Shown here piece after piece: positions 1 to 8,264 of a DNA stretch of 64,000 bases; position 1 is the first letter of the stretch, and each line of letters opens with the position of its first letter. The position numbers were made by a program, and so were the translations under genes. The notes under the pieces were generated by a model that saw nothing but the letters and a program-made list of their open reading frames with translations, did not search any database and was not told the DNA's origin. The DNA comes from an uncultured bacterium (lineage in GTDB: Bacteria > Patescibacteriota > Minisyncoccia > Phycocordibacterales > GWA1-40-21), in NCBI GenBank assembly GCA_963798465.1, contig CAWCTC010000001.1:656465-720464 (forward strand), in the 5' to 3' direction.

Positions 1-280
1 GATAGAATACATGCAAGACAAAGTCGGCAAAACTTTTGACGGCATAATCACCGGCGTCACCGAATGGGGCATCTATGCGGAAGATTCAGAAACTAAGGCT
101 GAAGGAATGATTAAACTTTCTTCTCTCGGCGATGATTTCTACAAGCTCGACAAAAAAACTTATTCCATCGTTGGAGAAAAAACAAAAAAAGTTTACTCGC
201 TCGGACAAAAAGTAAAAATCAAACTAGTTTCAGCTGATTTGGATAGAAGGCAAATGGATTATGAGATTATGAAAGAGTGA
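1..280 (+). CDS. rnr: Ribonuclease R, C-terminal S1 RNA-binding domain (5' part lies outside window)
   Basis: The ORF is open to the window edge. 'VGKTFDGIITGVTEWGIYAE..EGMIKLSSLGDDFY..LGQKVKIKLVSADLDRRQMDYEI' has the layout of the RNase R/VacB C-terminal S1 domain. Confidence 0.7.
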   Translation, partial: IEYMQDKVGKTFDGIITGVTEWGIYAEDSETKAEGMIKLSSLGDDFYKLDKKTYSIVGEKTKKVYSLGQKVKIKLVSADLDRRQMDYEIMKE

Positions 281-332
281 GAACTGTTGGCCGTGTGGTA
301 CGAAGTTGGAACTATTTTGTTAGTTAAAAATA

Positions 333-875
333 TCAAGCCTTTATTAATTCATCCTTGACTCTATCAAGGAGAATTTCAAAAAATCTTTCTTCATCTTCGG
401 ACCAAGAATATAGTGGTTGCACTCCTGTTATAAATGACGTCTGAGGTCTCCAATCTTTATACTTTAAAGGCACAGGATACCGAGTCCAATATTCACCAGC
501 ATTTGTTAATTTTTCTAAAAAATTTTTTTCTTCTAATGAAATCGCCACATCTGATTCAATGAATAGTTGATCTAAATCATGGCTTTTTAATTTAAATTTT
601 GCATCAGAAGTATTAACAATTAACTTTCCTCTCTTTATATACAATCCTTTTACATAATTTTCTAATGCCATTACTCTTAGATACATCATTGGTTCAAAAA
701 TCTCATAGTTTGCTGGGACTATACCTTCTTTTTTAATTTTAATTTCATCTCTGGCGCCATTCCATAAATAATACAATTCATTTGATGCAAGTAATAGTTG
801 ATCACCCTTATGCTTCCATCTTGAGTATTCATTTGCTGATTTAATATAATCTGATTTTCTTTCCTTATCATTCAT
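333..875 (-). CDS. Hypothetical protein, helical; possible HEPN-like fold ('MALENYVKG', 'KSHDLDQLF')
   Basis: 180-aa ORF, last gene of the smc-downstream string. The motif resemblance is weak and comes from reading the sequence only. Confidence 0.45.
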   Translation of the reverse strand: MNDKERKSDYIKSANEYSRWKHKGDQLLLASNELYYLWNGARDEIKIKKEGIVPANYEIFEPMMYLRVMALENYVKGLYIKRGKLIVNTSDAKFKLKSHDLDQLFIESDVAISLEEKNFLEKLTNAGEYWTRYPVPLKYKDWRPQTSFITGVQPLYSWSEDEERFFEILLDRVKDELIKA

Positions 876-915
876 AGCGATTATTAATTAGTGAATAACC
901 TATAATTCTTTTAAT

Positions 916-1419
916 TTATTTTCCTATAATAAAATTGTGCTTCTTTGCTATATCAATAAAATAATCAACATGTTCAAAACCACAAATCATTAAAACCTCT
1001 TTACTTAGTCCATTTTGGAGCCAAATCTGATCTAACCAATATTTTTCGCGTTTTCGATCTGATTCCGCTGCAATATAATTTATTTTATCTTCCTGATCTT
1101 TATTTATTGGAGGAAATGGTATTAAAAGTTCCTTAGCAATTTGAGCTCTTTGCTTAACACCTATTCTACTCCGTTCAGCTATTCCCGGATCACAAAGTAA
1201 ATATTGCACTCCCAATTCAAATATAATTTTTCCTACATGAGTAGAATTTATATTTTGGTATGATAACGCATCCTCGCTAGATTCTTCTGCAATTAATGTA
1301 ATCTTTTTTACTTTACAGATATTTTTTACCTGTTCAAGAAATTGAATAACTTTTTTTAGATCATTATTCGGATTTGGAAGTTGAACTTGAAAATGATCGA
1401 CACCTAAGACATAAATCAT
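916..1419 (-). CDS. Hypothetical protein with GxxH...E...GxxH pattern (TraB/PrgY/Tiki-superfamily-like?)
   Basis: 167-aa ORF with 'VLGVDHF', 'LIAEES' and 'ICGFEHV', spaced like the duplicated GxxH/E motifs of the Tiki/TraB superfamily. No homology search was possible. Confidence 0.45.
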   Translation of the reverse strand: MIYVLGVDHFQVQLPNPNNDLKKVIQFLEQVKNICKVKKITLIAEESSEDALSYQNINSTHVGKIIFELGVQYLLCDPGIAERSRIGVKQRAQIAKELLIPFPPINKDQEDKINYIAAESDRKREKYWLDQIWLQNGLSKEVLMICGFEHVDYFIDIAKKHNFIIGK

Positions 1420-1424
1420 TGACT

Positions 1425-1943
1425 TTAGTTACTGAGATAATAGTTCTCGAGTTGTTTTAAGCGTGCTTCGGTTTCTAATCCTTGATGATTAGGTTCATTA
1501 CAAATTGTTGATGTTTGCCCATTGCTACTAATATCAGCACACCATGCCAACATAGTATCATCGGGGGCAGCTTTAAGATCTGTCTCAATTGCTCCACTAC
1601 TAACAATAGTTAATTCGTAATAGCAATTATTCAGTAATTGATTATAATGTGTCTGTCGAACGGTTACACTTCCATAAGGGTCAGTTCGTTTTTGTTGTGC
1701 ATCATCTACATTTGCCGCTGCGTTTGCAATATTTTTACAAGCAAGACCATTTTCGCTTGCAGTAGTTAAGTTCGCAGACACAGTTGGTTGAGAAATTGGC
1801 TGTGCGACGTAATCTTGTTTTGTACTAGTAGTTGTTGGCGTTGAATATGATTGAGGTGTAGAATTTTTTCCTAAAAAATATACACCAACTATTAACGCAG
1901 CAATAACTACAATTGCTAGTCCGATTTTTGTGTCTTTATCCAT
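1425..1943 (-). CDS. Membrane-anchored extracytoplasmic hypothetical protein
   Basis: 172-aa ORF with an N-terminal TM helix (IGLAIVVIAALIVGVYFLG), a Thr/Ser/Pro linker and a Cys-containing globular part. It lies 5 nt upstream of the next gene. Confidence 0.5.
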   Translation of the reverse strand: MDKDTKIGLAIVVIAALIVGVYFLGKNSTPQSYSTPTTTSTKQDYVAQPISQPTVSANLTTASENGLACKNIANAAANVDDAQQKRTDPYGSVTVRQTHYNQLLNNCYYELTIVSSGAIETDLKAAPDDTMLAWCADISSNGQTSTICNEPNHQGLETEARLKQLENYYLSN

Positions 1944-1968
1944 AAATTAATATTATATACTTGTTAAT

Positions 1969-4264
1969 TTATTTCGCCACCTGCACCGCTTCTTCAAACT
2001 GAATAGAAAGCAATCTTGAAACGCCATCAGAGCCCATTGTTACTCCGTAAATAACGCCGGCACGAGACATCGTTTCCCTATTGTGAGTAATGAGGATGAG
2101 CTGGGAATATTTTGAAAGTTCGGAAATCATATCGCCGTATTTCTTGGAATTGGCTTCATCAAGAGCAGCATCCGTCTCATCAAGAATAATAAATGGTGGC
2201 GGATTCACCTGCGGAGATGGCAAAAAGAAGCGCGATGGAAGTAAAGCTCTTTCTCCGCCGGAGAGCATCATCAGTCCTTTTGTTTTTTTCTTGGCAAGAA
2301 ACTTCAATTTCCAATCCTTCTTCGGTTTCTTCTTCCTCGATTATTTCTTCACCTTCAGATTCGCCATGGCTGAAGTGAAATCTGTATCGGATTTTTTCCT
2401 CTTTTTTTCTTTCAGCAATAACAGAAAGCGAAGCAGAACCTCCGCCAAACATCGCTGAGAAGAATTGCTGGAATTCGAATTAATTTTTGCAACGCCGAGT
2501 TCGAATTCGGTTGCGAGTTTTTCATCAAGCTCTTTGATGAGATTTTTCAAAGATTACGGAAGAATTTATCAAATCGGTCAATTCTTTTTCAAGAAAAGTA
2601 TCGCGCTCCGTCGTTTCTTTGTATTCTTTCACAATTTCATCTCCTCCGGCAACTCCGGCATCTTCCAATCGGATTTTTATTTTTTCCATCACGCGTTTTT
2701 TGTCTTCCTGAATTTGTCTTGGTTCTTTTACAATTTGCTCGATTGAAAGTGCGATACCATCTGCATTTGTCGGCCAGAAATCCTTATAATGAAGCGCGGA
2801 AACGCCAACCAAAATCGAAGCTTCCTGAAGCTCTCGCTTGAATTCTTCTTCATCATGTCGCAATCTTGATTCCCTGCTTTCCAAACCATTTAATCTGCCG
2901 CGGATTTCATTTTGCTCAGCAACAATTCTGAACAATGATTTTTCCGCATCTCTGTTTGAATCTTTTTCTTTTTCAATATCATTTTTCAAAATATGAATAT
3001 TGCTCGGAAAGTTCTGTTTCAAGATTATTCGCGTCTTTCAGCTTGATTTCATAACCGGACTTTTCGATTTCCAGCTTTTTGATTTCGTTTTCCAAATCAT
3101 CGATTGCCTGCTTGTCTTCATTTTCTTTATTTCTTTCTATGAAATCTCTGAGGATTTTCTTGATTGAAGCAAAAATTTCTTTTACTTTTGAAAAATCATT
3201 TTCTGAAACGCCATCAATTTCCAAATCAATTTGCTTTGCGACATTTTCAATCTGCGACAAATCCACTGTCTTTTTTGACATCGCAGAGTTCGCTTCATTT
3301 TGTTTTTTTATCAATCTGGCAAGCGAAGAAATTTCTCCTTCGATTCTTCCGATGCTTCTCATCAGATTGATCTTTTAAATTGCGAACTTCTTTGAGTTTG
3401 CCTTCAACTTTTACAACTTCATCACTGCGAGAATCTTTTGATTCGGACTTCGCCAAAACTTCTTTCGCTTCAGCAAGTTCTTTTTCAAGTTTGTGCGAGC
3501 TTTCAATAAGCGGATTTTTTTCACTAGCGATGCTTTCTTTTTCAAATTTAATATATTCTTCTTCACGGCGAAAATAATCGTGATACATTTTTGTGAGATC
3601 TTCTTTCATCTCGACTGTTTTTTCGATTTTCTCGACAGCTTTTTTCAAAAATTTAATATGCGGAGCGATTTCTCTTCGCAGAGATTCGACTTGTTTTATA
3701 TTTTCTTCCGTTTTTTCGAGCTTGCGGATGCTTTCATCTTTTTTGTTCTGAAATATTTTTAGGCCGAGGGCATCTTCAATCATTTCCCTTCTCTCGCGGA
3801 TATTTGAATTCAAAATCTTGTCAGCTTCGCCCTGAGAAATTATCTGGTGGCCCGAAGCTCCGATATGTGCGCCGAAGAAAGAAGCTCAACGATATCTTTC
3901 AAACGGACAGAACTTCCGTTTATCAGATATTCGCTCGAAGAATCCCTGTTTACGACACGCTCGATTGCAACTTCATCAAAATCAATATTGAAAATTCTTT
4001 GAACATTATTGAAAGTCAATTTGACACGACGCGCGATTTGAACGAGCTGCATCTTTTCCGCCGTTAAAAATCAAATCTTCGGCTCTTTTTCCGCGCAATG
4101 ATTTGATGGATTGTTCACCCAAAACAAAACTAAACGCTTCGGCAACGTTTGATTTACCGGAACCATTCGGCCCGACAATAGCAGAAATCGGCACATTAAA
4201 ATCCAGCGTGGCTTTTTTTACCAAATGACTTGAATCCCGAAATTTCTATGCTCTTTAAATACAT
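1969..4264 (-). pseudogene. smc: SMC-family chromosome partition ATPase, broken by about 10 frame changes (true pseudogene or assembly indels)
   Basis: Collinear minus-strand fragments encode an N-head ([23 protein letters not shown] Walker A), long coiled-coil segments, 'FSAMFGGGSASL', and a C-head ('LSGGERAL/TSIALLFAIS/QVNPPPFIILDETDAALD') spread over alternating frames. Confidence 0.8.
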
Positions 4265-4330
4265 TTATACATGCTATTCTACCAAATTTTTTTAAAATTC
4301 GGTAGTGATTTTTTTGCCTGAAAATCAATA

Positions 4331-4360
4331 AAAAAACCTCCTGATTTAGGAGGCTTTTTC
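4331..4360 (-). terminator. Rho-independent terminator (CCTCCT/AGGAGG stem + U-run) overlapping stop of the 108-aa ORF
   Basis: Minus strand reads 'gcCTCCTaaatcAGGAGGttttttt'. Confidence 0.5.
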
Positions 4361-4672
4361 TTGAACATTTATTATCATACTATTAATAATTGATTCTATC
4401 TTTCCATCTTTATTATCGTAAAATTCATATTCAGACTGATCTGGTAATTTTTCACCAGACATCATAGCTATAAATGCGTTAGCCAAGAAATATTTATCAC
4501 GCTTTAAATTATTCTCATTCAAATATTCCATAAACTCTGGTCTCATAGTCGAGTCTAAATTGGGCAATAAATATTCAGCAATCTCAGACTTTAAACTATC
4601 AAAGTTTGTGAATTTTTCTGGCCTTTCTTGCTGTTCTTCCGATATTAAATTTAAATTTTCCATACTTTTCAT
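4346..4672 (-). CDS. Hypothetical acidic protein (108 aa)
   Basis: Intact ORF between rnc and smc with no recognisable motif. Confidence 0.45.
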   Translation of the reverse strand: MKSMENLNLISEEQQERPEKFTNFDSLKSEIAEYLLPNLDSTMRPEFMEYLNENNLKRDKYFLANAFIAMMSGEKLPDQSEYEFYDNKDGKIESIINSMIINVQEKAS

Positions 4673-4686
4673 AATTTTTATAAATA

Positions 4687-5007
4687 TTATTTGTGCGTTT
4701 CTGAAAACTTATAATCAAAATCCCTTATGAATTTTTCTATGTCTTTTTCTGGAGTATCAAATTTTTCAATTTCATCTTGCGGAGTGCTGCCGATAACTCT
4801 GTGCCACAAAATATAGTCCAGCGGATTATATCCTTTGTCCTCCAATTCTAAAATAAAATCTTTTGCAGCTTTTTGTCGTGCCATAAATTTATCCAAAGCA
4901 TGCGGAGCATTTCTGTCAACCAACAATAAAGCATTTATCTCGGAAAGAATTTCATTCTGTTCCGAAGTTAAATTTTCATATTCTTTTTTTCCTTGATAAC
5001 TTTCCAT
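4687..5007 (-). CDS. Hypothetical acidic protein (106 aa)
   Basis: Intact ORF 8 nt downstream of rnc with no recognisable motif. Confidence 0.45.
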   Translation of the reverse strand: MESYQGKKEYENLTSEQNEILSEINALLLVDRNAPHALDKFMARQKAAKDFILELEDKGYNPLDYILWHRVIGSTPQDEIEKFDTPEKDIEKFIRDFDYKFSETHK

Positions 5008-5015
5008 GAATATTT

Positions 5016-5717
5016 TTAATTTATTTCCCAGCCTTTGGCTTTCAGCGCATTTTTTGCCGCTTCCTGCTCGGCTTCCTGTTTTGATTTGCCTGTTCCTTCC
5101 GCGATTTTTTCTTTGCCTAGAAATACTCCGACTGTGAATTTTTTGTCATGATCCGGACCTTCTTCTTTCAAAGTTTTGTAAGCCGGCGTGACGCTTTCAT
5201 TTTCCTGCGCCTGTTCCTGAAATTTGCTTTTTGCATCAAGCCAAGTTTTTTCCTCGACTATTTTTTCGATAAGATTGAAAATGTATCTTGAAATGAAATA
5301 TTTTGCCATTTCATATCCTTGATCCAAGAATATTGCGCCAATCAAAGCTTCTATAGTATTTGCCAAAATAATCTGCCTGGCTCTTCCGGTATCTTTTGCT
5401 TCGCCTTTTGAAAGCAGAAGATAATCATTCATACCAATTTTTGAAGCGGCATCTGACATCGTGACGGCATTTACAAGTGCAGATCTGAAAGATGTCAGCT
5501 CTCCTTCATTACTGTCAGGATATTTTTCATATAAATGTTCAGTGACAATAAGTTCAAGAACCGCATCGCCCAAAAATTCTAATCTTTCATTGTGAACCAG
5601 TTCAGAATCCTTGTGCTCGTTCAAATAAGACCTATGGGTAAAAGCCTGTTTCAAAAGATTCTTGTCTTTAAAAGTTATTCCTATATTTTTTTCGAAACTT
5701 GAAAAATCTGGCTTCAT
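5016..5717 (-). CDS. rnc: Ribonuclease III
   Basis: Carries the RNase III signature 'NERLEFLGDAVLELIV' and a C-terminal dsRBD ('KKFTVGVFLGKEKIAEGTGKSKQEAEQEAAKNAL'). Confidence 0.92.
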   Translation of the reverse strand: MKPDFSSFEKNIGITFKDKNLLKQAFTHRSYLNEHKDSELVHNERLEFLGDAVLELIVTEHLYEKYPDSNEGELTSFRSALVNAVTMSDAASKIGMNDYLLLSKGEAKDTGRARQIILANTIEALIGAIFLDQGYEMAKYFISRYIFNLIEKIVEEKTWLDAKSKFQEQAQENESVTPAYKTLKEEGPDHDKKFTVGVFLGKEKIAEGTGKSKQEAEQEAAKNALKAKGWEIN

Positions 5718-5860
5718 TTACCCGAGGAAATTTTTGCCAATAAAAATTACTGTTTCGGCAAAACAGTGATATTCGTTATTTTTCTTGATTAAACCTGTTG
5801 TCATTATAAGTTGTTATGTAACAATTTTTAGAAACGTTGGCAAAAACTTTGACGGGTGAA
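5718..5860 (-). repeat. Family-1 intergenic hairpin element, copy A (abuts rnc ATG)
   Basis: The ends 'TTACCCGAGGAAATTTTTGCCAAT' and 'CGTTGGCAAAAACTTTGACGGGTGAA' form an imperfect inverted repeat. They are shared with the copies at 8886-9022 and 26458-26596. Confidence 0.75.
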
Positions 5861-5875
5861 CTTCTCGCTAAAATT

Positions 5876-6775
5876 TTATTGGTTATTTCTGCTGCTTATT
5901 ATTGTTATTGCTTTCGTGATGATTGGCAAGATGTCGTTGTAGAAATTTAAATTTTGAATATCTTGAAGCTTGAACCATTTTGCGTCATCAAGTCCTCCGC
6001 TGTCTCCGAGATGCAATTCCTTTCTGTCGGTTCGAGCAAGAAAATAAGTGACTTGTTTCCTAATCTTTCCTTCTTCAGGATGATTTGCAACATATTCATT
6101 TTTCAAAAGCTCTTCTTCAACTGTGATATCCAAACCGAGCTCGTCTTTTATTTCTCTCAGCACTCCGATTTTTGGATCTTCGCCTGGATTGATTTTACCT
6201 TTTGAAAGAGTCCATTTTCCAAAAACATCGTGAACGAAAGCAAAATAAATATTTCCGTCTTCAATACTATATATCACGGCTCCCGCAAGCTGTTTTATCG
6301 GCATCTTATCAAATGGAATATCTTTATGTTTTTTGGAAACTTCTTCTTTGCCCGGCTCTCCGAGCTCTTTGTAAATCGTTCCCAAAACTCCATTTATAAA
6401 ACCGCCGCTTTTTTCTCCGCTATAAGTTTTTGCAAGCTCAATAGCTTCGTTGATTGCAACTTTTGCCGGAACTTCTTTTCTATCAGAGAACAAAAGCTCA
6501 TAAAGCCCGATGCGCAAAATATTTCTGTCGGCAATCGAAATTTTGTCTATCGGCCAATCCGGCGCAGCTTTCACAATAATACTGTCCAAATCCGCTTTTT
6601 TGTCTATAACTCCTTTCAAAAGATTTTCTGAAAATGCTTTTTCGGAATTGCCTTCTCCAAACTCGGCATTATTTCTTTCAAGCGAGGCAAGAGCCTCTTC
6701 TCTCGAAGAATTGCGAAAATCCCACTCAAAGGCGGATTGAAATACTATTGATCTTGCAAGGTGCCTAGAAGACAT
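5876..6775 (-). CDS. nusB: NusB antitermination factor fused to a C-terminal Nudix hydrolase domain
   Basis: The N-terminal ~145 aa are NusB-like ('ADRNILRIGLYELLF..VPAKVAINEAIELAK..GFINGVL'). The C-terminal half carries a Nudix box, 'GKINPGEDPKIGVLREIKDELGL'. Confidence 0.8.
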   Translation of the reverse strand: MSSRHLARSIVFQSAFEWDFRNSSREEALASLERNNAEFGEGNSEKAFSENLLKGVIDKKADLDSIIVKAAPDWPIDKISIADRNILRIGLYELLFSDRKEVPAKVAINEAIELAKTYSGEKSGGFINGVLGTIYKELGEPGKEEVSKKHKDIPFDKMPIKQLAGAVIYSIEDGNIYFAFVHDVFGKWTLSKGKINPGEDPKIGVLREIKDELGLDITVEEELLKNEYVANHPEEGKIRKQVTYFLARTDRKELHLGDSGGLDDAKWFKLQDIQNLNFYNDILPIITKAITIISSRNNQ

Positions 6776-6879
6776 ATATTTTGCTTAGCTTTTTATGGCT
6801 TATTTGATTACTGAGATTATTCTATAATAAAAAAAGAAAAAAGAAAAGGCCTCGTGATAATATGCGCGAAGCCTTCTTT

Positions 6880-7290
6880 CTAACATATAATTGTTGATTT
6901 TTTCTTTAATAATTTTATCAACCTTCTTGTTTGCTTGTCATTACCTTCCAAACCCTCCAAAATTTTTTCCTTTCTTTCATCAGCACTTTTAAGATATTTT
7001 TTCACAGCAATAATAATCTGTGAATTAATATTAAAAGGTTCTGAAGAGTATGGTTGCTGAACGACTTTAAACTTATACATAAATGGATCCATAACAATAT
7101 GAACATCGTACCTCGATCTCGAATAGCATGAGTGCTCGTTTAAAGCCGGATATATATACAACTTCATTCCCCGACTTTTCAAAGCTTTGCACATTTCCAG
7201 CCACTCTTTTTTTACACTTTCTGACATTCCGCACAAAACAAGTTCAACCGCCATAGAATAACTATCTTTTGTAAAGATTTTTTTATTCAT
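6880..7290 (-). CDS. Hypothetical protein (136 aa) with strong SD
   Basis: Intact ORF preceded by 'AAAGGAGGtttttATG'. Confidence 0.55.
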   Translation of the reverse strand: MNKKIFTKDSYSMAVELVLCGMSESVKKEWLEMCKALKSRGMKLYIYPALNEHSCYSRSRYDVHIVMDPFMYKFKVVQQPYSSEPFNINSQIIIAVKKYLKSADERKEKILEGLEGNDKQTRRLIKLLKKKSTIIC

Positions 7291-7382
7291 AAAAACCTCC
7301 TTTTGTCCGATTGGACTATTCTTGTTTGGCTAACTTCCAAATACAAGGCTAGCACAAGAAAACATGCAGTCAAATAAAATAT

Positions 7383-7413
7383 AAAAGGGCGGTCGCTTCG
7401 CGACCGCCCTTTT
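7383..7413. terminator. GC-rich hairpin terminator (GGGCGGTCGC-TTC-GCGACCGCCC flanked by A/T runs)
   Basis: Perfect 10-bp palindromic arms directly after the rpmF stop. Same design as the hairpins at 16511 and 19698. Confidence 0.7.
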
Positions 7414-7418
7414 ATATT

Positions 7419-7685
7419 TTATTTTTTATCTTCCGTCTTTTTCTCAGCCTTTTTTGGTTTAGTTGCTTTTTCCGTCTTTGCTACTTTCGCAGTTTTGACT
7501 GGCTTCGGCTTCTTCTCCATATTTATTACAACTCTTCCTCTGTATTTTCCACAATTTGAACATGCTTGATGTCTCATAACTGGGCTGTTACAATCTGGGC
7601 ACTTTGTAAGTGCAATCCCTTTCAAAGCATGATGTGATCTCGTGCTTCCTCTCTGGGATCTATTATGTCTCATTCGGTTTACCAT
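7419..7685 (-). CDS. rpmF: 50S ribosomal protein L32 with Lys-rich C-terminal extension
   Basis: 'RMRHNRSQRGSTRSHHALK' plus a CxxC...CxxC zinc ribbon ('CPDCNSPVMRHQACSNCGKYRGR'), followed by a K/A/T/E-rich tail. Confidence 0.85.
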   Translation of the reverse strand: MVNRMRHNRSQRGSTRSHHALKGIALTKCPDCNSPVMRHQACSNCGKYRGRVVINMEKKPKPVKTAKVAKTEKATKPKKAEKKTEDKK

Positions 7686-7737
7686 AGTGAAAAAGAGTAT
7701 AGCGTATTTCTTTAAAAAAGAAAAGGCCCGGAATAAA

Positions 7738-8196
7738 TTATTCCGGGCCGTAACTTTTAATTATTTCTTGGAGAGTTTTGAACTCCTCGTCTGTTTTTTT
7801 AAACTCTCCAATTCTTAACATCTCGCCTATGAGCATTTTAAACTCCTTTTTTTGCTCAAAAGAAAGATTATTACTAATCTCAATAAGAGGCCTTACAAAA
7901 ATATCTCTTATGCTGTAAGGTACCTCTACAAAAATATAAAGTGACATCTTGTCATTCCTCGTATCAACACCGAATTCAATCGGCGACTCATCTTTATGAA
8001 GAACGATAAGTCCTTTTTTTTCCAATTCATTGGATACCCTATAAAAAATAATTTCCAACAAATTAGGAAACTTTTCATTCACTTCCACTTCAACAATCGG
8101 AAATTTATAATTTCCCGGAGTAGCATCCGCTACAACGGCATAAAAGCCGTTATGAAGATACTTCATACAAAAACAAGTGCATGACACTTTTACCAT
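7738..8196 (-). CDS. Hypothetical protein (152 aa) with strong SD
   Basis: Intact ORF preceded by 'AGAGGTGATcatccATG'. Confidence 0.55.
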   Translation of the reverse strand: MVKVSCTCFCMKYLHNGFYAVVADATPGNYKFPIVEVEVNEKFPNLLEIIFYRVSNELEKKGLIVLHKDESPIEFGVDTRNDKMSLYIFVEVPYSIRDIFVRPLIEISNNLSFEQKKEFKMLIGEMLRIGEFKKTDEEFKTLQEIIKSYGPE

Positions 8197-8264
8197 GGAT
8201 GATCACCTCTTTTTTCATATTTTAAACAACTCTTTTTTTGATTATACAATAATATTTTATATTG

